The notes below the pieces were generated by a model, which saw only the letters and a list, made by a program, of their open reading frames with translations, did no database searches and was not told the origin of the DNA. Below are positions 15,126 to 24,994 of a DNA stretch of 64,000 nt, piece after piece. The position numbers and the translations under genes are program-made. Position 1 is the first letter of the stretch. Each line of letters opens with the position of its first letter. The stretch spans positions 104,718,001 to 104,782,000 of the forward strand of contig OZ024741.1 in assembly GCA_964016885.1 (NCBI GenBank). Reading direction: 5' to 3'. This stretch comes from Eledone cirrhosa. Its lineage: Eukaryota.

Positions 15126-15389
15126 AATAAACGTAATGAAGACATAACAAATCGTCTTTTTTATTATTATTATTATTATTATTATTGGCGACCTACGTAG
15201 TAAATCGTATCATCGTGAGCTCCGCAAAGGTTTGTTATTTTCAGTTGTTTAAAATTGCAATTTATGGAAAACTTTTATTGTTAACTGTATATGAGTGCAT
15301 ATACATTGATTCCTAAAAAATATTGGGGCCTTGAGCCCAAAATTTAAACTTTTTATAATTATCAAACAAAAGTTTTTCTTTGAAAAATC

Positions 15390-16591
15390 ATGGATGAATC
15401 AGGGTCACTCCTTCCTCACAAACTAACACCTCACACCGACACCACCATTGTAAATATTGCTACGTTTGCCAACACTGGAAATGTAAGCAGTAGCAATATT
15501 TTAAATTTGTCTCAGGCAGACGTTCATTTCCCGCCATTACCAAGAACTGGTCCGGATCTGGGATGGAGCTCCTGATCCAAGCGGACCATAAAAGCATTGA
15601 GGAGATCCCAGAGGTAATAGACCTCACTGACGGCAGCCACCTCACCGTAATCGTCGAAGGCAGAAGGCCTAGGTGTGTCGTTTGTGGTGAAGGAACCCAC
15701 CTAAGGGCTTTCTGCCCTCAGGCTAAAAGGTTGAGGCCACCTCTCTTACCCACCCCAGTGACTCAACCATCAACACCACCAGCAGCAGAAATGGCAGCAA
15801 CAACTGTAGCAGCAACAACAGAAGCAACTATAACAGCAACAACCCCAGCAACAGTAGCAAAACCAACACCACCACCACCCAACGCGCCAGAATTAGCACC
15901 AGCGCTTACACCATCCACCACGCCACAACCAAAACCAACGCATGTGGAGGATTTTCCACTCCCCGACCTATCGCAACTGGAGACAGATTGTGACGACGAG
16001 GAGTGGGAAACGGTATCAGGAAAAAAGAAAAAACGAAACAAAAAAACAAGAATTTCTCTTCCTTCCCCCTCCAAAAACAAAATACAGAGGGAAACAAATA
16101 GACTATCAAACAAAAAAGTTAGGACAGATATGCCACCATCCACACCAGCATCACCAACCCCATCACCCCAAACACCAACACCATCACCATCATTAACCCC
16201 AACACCACCATCACCTACACCACAAAAGTCACCAAAAAGGGAAACAGAAACAAACCCACAACAAACACAAACAAAACAAAACAACCAAAACGATACACAC
16301 TACACAGCATTAAATTTGAACAACAACCAATTATTACACTACATCCAACACAACACCAGCATCACAGAAAAAGACTACACAACAACCCAAAAGTTCACAC
16401 CACCTCCACACATACAAATCACTCGCATCACACAGAAAACGTACATGACACTAAAACAAAAATTCCCCAAAGACACCGGAGACTTCCGACAAGCACTCTC
16501 CAGGAGGATTTATAAGGACATCCTTCCTGAGGAGGCCACAAGCAGTGAAAAGGATGGAGAAACCGTCCTTCCTCTACGAGAAGTAAGGTAA
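15390..16591 (+). pseudogene. Tx1 ORF1 (gag-like), internally deleted
   Basis: CVVCGEGTHLRAFC knuckle, Pro/Thr-rich linker and basic patch. The central domain present in copy 2 (34680-35180) is missing. Confidence 0.8.
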
Positions 16592-16625
16592 GTGGTCTTT
16601 CCCATCTTTTCCACTCCATTTCAAG

Positions 16626-19600
16626 ATGACCTCAGTCAGAATAGGCAGCTTAAATGCGCGTGGCTTGGGGTCGTCATGGAAGCAGGGCCACCTGCTCAAC
16701 GACCTCAGATCACTAAACATAGATGTAGTGGCCATCAGCGAGACCAGAATCTCCGAAGAACGGGCCTTCGCACCGATCTTCGGCGGCTACAATGTGTACG
16801 CATCTCCCAGCCGTCCGGGATCGGGGAGAGGAGTTGATGTGCTTTTTCGGAGAGGTTTGGATCCATCTTCTTGGACCCAGAAGGTAAGTTGGGGGTGCTG
16901 GACGTGACCAGCGGAGACGGGCAAGCTTTCAGGTTAGTGGCCGTCTATGCCCCGACAGGAGCAGGGCGGCCTGATTTCTTCCGGCGTCTAGAGACCTTTC
17001 TTGGAACGTCCCGCTCTTTAGTGTTAGTGGGCGACTGGAACGGGATCTTAGATGCACGCTGGGACTGTGTGGGATTAGTAGATACGGGAGGAGGGTGCAA
17101 GAGTCTCACCAACCTGCTCAGGCGTTTTGAACTGCCTGACGTGTACCGATTGGATTTCCCGAATGTGCCAATGTGGACTTGGACAAATCGCGTAGGGTCA
17201 TCCAGATCATATCTAGATAGAGTATTTTGTAGGGAAATAGATAGGTCTAGCATAGGCTGTCCACAATTCAAGATAGTCAGCTACACGGACCACAAATACG
17301 TGATCTGTGTGCTTGACTTAGATAGGCTTCATAGACGAGGACCCGGCTACTGGAAGCTAAACGCGTCCTTACCAGCGCGCAAGGCTTACAGAGACCGGAT
17401 TAGCGAACTAGTTAAGCGGGCGTTGACGGGGGCCATCGTCAACAACAAGTGGTGGTTTGCTCTGAAAAGAGCAATTAGAATAGAGTCCATTAGGTTTAGT
17501 AAGACTTTAGCAATAGAGAAAAATAGAGCAGAGGGAGACTTAGTTAGAAAATTAGACGAGGCGCTTAGCAAAGGCATCGCAACCGACGTACTTGCGGCGA
17601 AATTGGCCCTTGATCAATTCTTCAATGCAAAGCACGAAGGCTGCGTTGTCAGAGCTAGGGTGCGTGCTCTCAGGCACGAGGGGACGAAAGCCGTTCAATG
17701 GGCTCGAGTGGCGGAGGCGCGTCGTGGCAACAAAGCCACGATCCGGTCTTTGGTGGACCACGACGGGCGCATGCTACTCGATCCCGGGAAAATGTGTGAA
17801 GCTTTTCAGCGACACTTCCCTCAACTGTTCGGGGGCTGTGGCGGGCCGGATCGACAGACGGACTTTAGTGTCTACCTCGACAGACTGCCGCGGCTTTCGG
17901 TCACTGAGGCGGAGTGTTGCGTAAAGCCGATAACAACCGCTGAAGTACGGGAGGCAATGACTGGCTGCACAAGGGGTAAATCGCCTGGTTTGGATGGTCT
18001 GCCCTATGAACTTTACGTACAAATGCCAGACTTCTTCGGAGGCCTCTTGGCGGACGTCTACTGCAACTGGCAACAGAACAGGAGAATTCCCAGCTCTGTG
18101 AGCCGAGGAGCGGTGGCGCTGCTGAGAAAGGATGCGAACAAGGGGGATAACATAGATAATTTTAGGCCCATAATTCTGCTAAACACAGAGTTCAAGATTT
18201 TGGCCAAGGTGCTAGCAAAGAGGTTGGCGCTTGTCGTTGGTGGTCTGGTGGGAGAGGCACAGACATGCGCCATTCCCGACAGATCCATCCACGACAACCT
18301 CCACCTCCTGCGATACATCGTAGAGAGGGTAGCTAGGGAACCTGGCATGGGTGGGTCTTTGATCAATTTAGATCAGTCGAAAGCCTTCGATAGGGTCGAC
18401 AATCGTTACATAGCGGCAGTCCTGAGGGCGGTTGGCTTTGGGCCCATCTTCAGAGGCTGGATCGCTGCCATGCACAGCGACATCTGCTCTGTAGTGAGAG
18501 TGAACGGTCACCTTTCGGAACCGTTCAGCATCATGCGCTCGGTCCGCCAAGGATGTCCCCTCTCGTCCCTATTGTACGTATTGACTCTCGAGCCATTACT
18601 GCACAAACTGGAGACGTTGAGGGGGGTCCCGGGCGAACTAGGATGCGGAAGATCCGTGTCAGCATATGCGGACGATGTCACCGTAGTGGTGTCGAACGCT
18701 AAACACATCGAGGCGATCAGCACTACACTAAGAGAATACGAAGCGGTGACAGGAGCAATGATCAACCAGGAAAAGTCAGTGGGCCTGCAGCTCGGCACCT
18801 GGAGAGGCAGGTCCATGCCGTCCAACAGCGTCGTCGGGCGCTGGACGGACGGACCGGTTAAATTGCTAGGGGTCTGGTTCGGTCCAGACCTCCAGACGGA
18901 CAAAAACTGGGACGAGGTGACGAGCAGGGTGGCTTCTCTCACCCAGAAATGGGCGGAGAGGAAGCTATCCCTGAAAGGTCGAGCGAAGGTGGCTAACGCG
19001 TACATTGCGTCCGTCATCTACTACCGCCTGACCTTCGTACCTTGTCCTAAGCCCTGTCTGACTGCGCTGGAGCGTTTGCTCTTTCTCTTCTTGTGGAAGG
19101 GACGCGCTCGGATGGTCAGGCGGTCCATCTGCTGTCAACACCCGCTACGTGGAGGGCTGGGCATGCCGTGGCTGATGATGCGCAGACACACGCTCAGGCT
19201 ACGACATCTCCACCTCTTCCTCGACAGTGATCAGGTGTGGTCGCCGTTTGCTAGACACGTTTTTCCCCAGCTCGTCTCCTTGACGGAGCTGCAGTCCTGG
19301 GTCAAGCGAAGACCGAGAGGGAGCGCTTGGAGACTGGAATGTCTTCAGGCGCTCACATCCCTCGACCAATCGGGCAATGTGATCGGTGGAAACTCCACCT
19401 TGGAGTTCTATAGGGGATTAGTGGAGGGGAAGAGCGACGACGTACTTGGAGAAACTCTAGGCGTCGACGAAAATCAACTAGCCAATCTCTTCGGAAGGAC
19501 TTTCGGGCCGGGGCCTATGGACAACTTCCAGAAATCCCTGGCCTGGCAGTGCTACCGAGGAGCTTTGCCAGTTCGGGATAAACTCTACAAGCATGGAGGT

Positions 19601-20032
19601 GCCGTCAGCCGGGCATGTCCGAGATGCGCACAGGGCGACGAAACCGTCCTGCACGCACTCGTCCAGTGTCCGAGCATTGCTGACTTGTGGGTTTATGTCG
19701 AACACCTGCTGTCACGTGTAGGACGGATCCAGCTATCAGCTGAGTCCATTGTGAGGATTGCCCCGTCCCCTTCCTTTAGCCGGGAAGGGCAGGCAGTTTT
19801 TATCTGTCTGGTGGCCATGGCGAAAGAGATAGTATGGTGGACACGTTTGAAAGGGCTGAAGACGAGCACTTACCTCTTCGGTGATGCCCTGATTAACTTT
19901 TTCAAATTTCATTTGAAAAGGAAAATCAGGGTAGAGAGGGAAGTGCTCTCTTCCCAGCATTTTGTTGAAAGATGGGTGAGAGAAGCAAGTATGGCCCGAA
20001 TGAATGGGCCTTCTCTGAGTATGTGTCTGTAA
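16626..20032 (+). pseudogene. Tx1 ORF2, APE endonuclease-RT-CCHC; one frameshift near 16863, then 1053 open codons
   Basis: SLNARGL, ISET, GDWN, SYLDR, YTDH, KSPGLDG, DQSKAFD, RQGCPLS, YADD, CPRC..ETVLHALVQC. A 13-bp deletion relative to 36560-36572. Confidence 0.93.
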
Positions 20033-20315
20033 ATTAAAGGTGGAAAACTGGGAGAGGGCACTTGCCCTGGTGGTCAGGGCCACTGTGGTCTTTTAATGGG
20101 CTTTCTCCACAAATGTCCCTCGGAAGTCTCCCCTCTATTGGGGAATTTTTCTTTGTTATTTTATTTCAACCTCTGTTTTTTTTACACGCAGAAATGCCCA
20201 TTTGTACCGTCCTGTATTGTCCTGTACTGTCCTTAATGTCTACTTTATGTAAACCCTTGTGGTTAATAAAGAAAACATTATTATTATTATTATTATTATT
20301 ATTGTTATTGTTATT

Positions 20316-20350
20316 CCTTGAATCTCAGTCATTGATGTTGGTTAACTGGA
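20316..20350 (-). mobile_element. 35-bp 3'-terminal stub of Dong family A
   Basis: Identical to 40029-40063 and near-identical to ~20805-20839. Confidence 0.85.
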
Positions 20351-20736
20351 TTTCATTTGAAAAGGAAAATCAGAGTAGAGAGGGAAGTGCTCTCTTCCCA
20401 GCATTTTGTTGAAAGATGGGTGAGAGAAGCAAGAATGGCCCGAGTGAATGGGCCGACTCTGAGTATATATCTGTAAACTAAAGGTGGAAAACTGGGAGAG
20501 GGCACTTGCCTTGGTGGTCAGGGTCATTGTGGCTTTTTACTGGGCTTTCTCCACAAATGTCCCTCCGAAGTCTCCCCCCTATTGGGGAATTTTTCATTGT
20601 TATTTTCATTGTTATTTTTGTTACATCCTCTGTTTTTGTTTTTTTACACGCAGAAATGCCCATTTGTACCGTCCTGCATTGTCCTGCACTGTCCTTAATG
20701 TCTACTTTATGTAAACCCTTGTGGTTAATAAAGAAA

Positions 20737-20738
<2 letters not shown>
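20351..20738 (+). mobile_element. 5'-truncated Tx1 family A 3' end
   Basis: Diverged copy of 19906-20276, followed by (TTA)n at 20739-20802. Confidence 0.92.
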
Positions 20739-20792
<54 letters not shown>

Positions 20793-20802
20793 GTTGTTAT
20801 TA

Positions 20803-23800
20803 CTCTTTGAGTCTCAGTCATTGATGTTAGTTAACTGGAAAGTTTGTTGAAATGAATATCAAGCCACTACCTGCAGCCTCAAATATTCAGGACGTATCGG
20901 AGGGTTCTTGCTGTTTCCAGCAAGCATGCCTTTTGAAGCGTTCCAAAAAGCGTGAAGGGACCAATTTTCTTTAACCATCCCTGGAAACTTTTTGAGATAG
21001 TCCCTAGTGCGCCTATGACAATCGGGACCACTTTGACTGCATGGCAGTTCCAAATCCTTTTTACCTCCCACTTTAAGACCTGGTATCGGTTAATTTTCTC
21101 CCTCTCCTTCTCTTGCACTCTCGTGTCGAATGGGCAGGCCACATCCACAATCAGGCACGATCTTTTTTCTTTGTCCACAACCACCAGGTCAGGTCTATTG
21201 TATTCCAGTTTCTTGTCCGTCTGTATCCTAAAATCCCACAGCACCTTCACCTGATCGTTTTCTATCACCGCCTCTGGCTTATGCTCATACCACTTCTCAG
21301 AATGTGGTAAATTGTTTACTTTGCATAGGTGCCAGTGGATCACCCTGCCCATCACATCATGTCTCCAGCCCTTATAGTGAGTCTGGGCTAGGTGTTTACA
21401 CTCGGATACAATGTGAGCCACAGTCTCCTCTCTCTCTCCACAGATCCTACACAGTGGGCTAGCCTCCTCCTTGTAAATATGGTGTTTCAACCACTTCGTT
21501 TTGAGGGCCTGCTCCTGCGCAGCCATTAACATTCCTTCTGTAGCCTTTTTAAGGTCTCCTCTTTTCAACCAGTTCCATGTCTGTGGATCTCTAAATTCAG
21601 TTCTCTCAAAGAAGGTACTATGAATGGATTTTTCCTGAAGGCTGCTCTTTCTCGTTGATGTTATTTCCTCCTTGGAGATCCCCTGGCCCACTGTCCCCTC
21701 CTTCAGTACAGTTCTGAGCATTGGCTCCTTACTATCAGTCATGTATTTGTGTAGGTTGTTTTTCTCCATCTGAACACAGTCCTCTATGCTGATAAGACCT
21801 CTTCCACCCTCAGATCTCCTTAAGTAGAGTCTATCGACATCACTCCTCTTGTGGAACATGTTGTAGATAGTCATTAGCTTCCTAGTCTTCCTATCCATTT
21901 CTTTCTGTTCAGCAACATTCCATCTCAGAATTCCCGCACTGTACCTAATAATAGACACAGCTCGGTAATTTACTGCACTTATGGCATTCCTACTGTTCAG
22001 ATGTGACTTCAATACGCTCCTTACTCTCCGAATGTATTCAGTTCTTATCAATTCCTTCATTTTTTTGTTCTTGATGTCATCAGCCTCCAGAACGCCCAAA
22101 TACTTGTATCCTTCTTCAGAGTCAATTTCCTTTATCATCTCACCCGTTGGTACCTGGATTCCGTCACTTCTGCTCAACTTACCCCTCTTCCTCACAATGA
22201 CTCCACACTTACTAATACCAAATTGCATACATATATCATTGGTGAAAATACGGACAGTGTCAACAAACACATCCAACTCCTTCTCACTCTTCCCGAAGAG
22301 CTTAAGATCGTCCATGAAGAGGAGGTGATTGATGGTAAGCCCTCCCTTTCCCAACCTGTATCCTGCTCTAACTTTTAGCAGTACACTGGTCAGGGGCATC
22401 AGGGCAAGGACAAACAGCAGAGGGGACAGACTATCTCCCTGGAAGATACCTCTCTTGATCTTCACGCTTCCCAAGGATTCTCCAGTTGATGTTAACTCTG
22501 TTTCCCAGGACTTCATACTTTTGCCCAACAACTGTCTGATGTTATCTGCCACCTTGAAGATCTCCAGGATTTTGGTGATCCAAGAATGAGGCACCATGTC
22601 AAATGCCTTTTTGTAGTCTATCCACCCCATGGCAAGACCAGTGTGTCTCCTCTTGCAATTCCTCATTACCATCTTATCAATAAGTAACTGGTCCTTTGTA
22701 CCACGTGACTTCTTTCGGCACCCTTTCTGTTCGTCCGGTAACAAGTTGTTTGTGTGGAGGTGATGGTAGATTTCCTCAGACATAATGCTTGTCAACAGTT
22801 TCCACATTACGGACAGATATGTGATAGGTCTATAGTTGGTAACATCATTACCCTTGATTCGGTCTTTCATTATCAGAACTGTGGTACCTTTTGTCAACCA
22901 CTCTGGTACCTCACCTGACATCAAGCAGTCATTGAACATGGTTGTCAGTTTCGGGTGGAGGATGTTATATTTTTAATCCAATACCCCTGCACACCATCTG
23001 GGCCTGGTGATTTCCAGTTGGTTAGTTTTTTGGCCTGGCCCTTAAGAGTTTCAACTGTGATACTCAAATCAGTTTGTTGGTGTGCCTGTTCACTAATCTC
23101 CTTCTGTACTGTCTCAATCCACACTGCCTGGTCATTATGTTTAACATCCTGCCCCCATATTCCTCTCCAGAATGTTTTAGTTTGTTCCGCCCCAGGGATC
23201 AAATCGTTGCCTCTTTCTTTCCCTTCAAGCTGTCCAAACAGCATCTTCTGGTTGTTGTCGAACATGCGGTTCTGTCTATACTGGCTGATTCTGTTCTCGT
23301 ATCGCCTGATTTTTGCACTCTTTGCTACAATGCGTTGCTTCAGTTCCTCTATGATAATATTTAGCTTTTTCCTCCTAGTTTTGTACTTTATTTCCAGTCT
23401 ATTTTTAGTGTCTATGTTTTTTAGTGTCCCATTCAGTAGGGACTCAAGCTTTCCAATGTCATTTCTCATCTCCCTGATTTGACCACTCAGTCGTTTCTTC
23501 CACCAAGGCTCTGCTCTTTCTTGTCTGTTGTCTCCTCTCGCTTTTATACCAAGTAGTTTCCTCACCGTATTTGCTGTTGCTTTGAGGATATTGTTGCACC
23601 GGTGAAGGCTCCTCGCTTCAAGGTATGGGATGACTTTGTTTACCTTAGCTGTTGTTTCTTTTCACTGTTTCCTGTCTACAAATCTTAGGTTCATAGGTCT
23701 CCCACTATCATTGTTCAATTCATCTACCACTAAGTTTAGGATATTAACCAAATCTTGTCCTAGCCCATCAGCATTCATCTCCTCAGTGGCCTTATCTCTG

Positions 23801-24972
23801 TTCCAGGTATTATTTATCTCAGCATTCAGATCATTGTCTGCTTCGGGTGGTTCCTCCGTTCTCTCGACCTCTTCACCTTCATTTCCCACTGGCTCGTTTA
23901 CCTGGCATACTCCACTCTCCATCTCCAAGCTAATCTCTCTGCTCAGTTCCTCCAGTTCCAGCTCGCTTATCCATCCATTAGTTCTTATTACCCGAGCCTG
24001 CCAGGCCAATTTTTGTTCATCTAATTTAAATAGACCAATCTCGTTCCATATGTTATGCATCCGTTTCCTATAGCCTTTCTCCTTGGGGTTACTCTTCAGG
24101 TAACATTGCATAACAGTTCTATTCAATTCTTTCGTCCAGTTGGTTCTGGTCCCTTTCCTTCTTCTTCTTCCTCCGACACCAGCAGTATTTGGTTGACAGC
24201 CAGGTCCCTGCTGCTGAGCCAGGGAGCACCTGTTGGGTGAGAGTCTGTCACATGACATTCTAGTTTCCATTTCACCGTTATTCGAACTGTTTAGGTTCGA
24301 CATTTAAACACTCTTATCGAGGATTGGCGAATGTATGGTTACATAACCACCGGTGAATTCATCGTCTCCGGTGGTTCCGTCACTCCACGTGATTTTTGTG
24401 TGGAATTATCACGCTGTAGACGAACATAAATAAACAAACAAACAAACAGTTAAAAAAAAAACCCAAAATGAAGAAGCATACGTTTCATTGTAATGTAGTG
24501 TTTGAATGTCTGACTTAGTTTTTCCCTTCTCTGTCCGTCTGTTTGTTTTTCTCTTCATTCTTATTTTCTTTACGTTATTCGTTGTTGCTGTGCTGCTTTG
24601 GTTTTGATTTTTGTTTTTTTGATTTTGACCGGGTCATCAATTCAGTCTATTTATATATTTTGATGCCTTCCTCCTTTAGTGGGGGTTCTACGATGTAGCA
24701 GGGGGTAGCGGGAGAGAATAGCGGCGGTAGTGATAATGAGGCAGTGGTGGTGGTGGTGGTGGTGGCGGTGCTGTGCTAGCAGCAACTAGCAGGAGGTAGT
24801 GGGAGAGAATAGCGGCGGTAGCGATAAATCATTATTAGGCAGTGATGGTGTTGAAGTTGGAGTAGAAATAGCGGGTGAGTCGACTTAACCAGAGTTTTCA
24901 TCGTGGTAGTGGTGGTGAAATTATCTTTAGTTATTTAGTCATTTTGTCATTTTCCTCCTTTTCGACTCTAAC
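20803..24972 (-). mobile_element. Dong/R4-clade LINE family A, probably full length, in (TAA)n
   Basis: Single-ORF RT-CCHC-RLE layout, bounded by (TTA)n at 20739-20802 and 24973-24991. Confidence 0.9.
20879..24303 (-). pseudogene. Dong/R4 RT-RLE ORF broken by frameshifts (~23660, ~22945)
   Basis: KSPGPDG, YRPIT, WIDYKKAFD, GIFQGDSLSP, FMDD, CRIC..ETVAHIVSEC, RHD, RPDLVVVD..DVACP, GALG. Confidence 0.92.
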
Positions 24973-24994
24973 ATTATTATTATTATTATTACAG

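Larger units (their letters stand above)
15187..20276 (+). mobile_element. Tx1-clade LINE, family A copy 1, in (TTA)n
   Basis: ORF1 with CCHC knuckle, APE-RT ORF2, 3' UTR ending GTGGTTAATAAAGAAAAC. (TTA)n at 15161-15186 and 20277-20315. Confidence 0.93.

Noticed and set aside
16588-16625. 38-nt GT-AG micro-intron fusing ORF1 to ORF2
   Set aside because: The join gives AGA TGA (stop, out of frame). Copy 2 lacks the AG, and the 49872-49904 version is also out of frame.
16945-19705. Recurrent antisense ORFs over Tx1/Dong ORF2 in several copies
   Set aside because: Shadows of the conserved sense reading frame in closely related copies.
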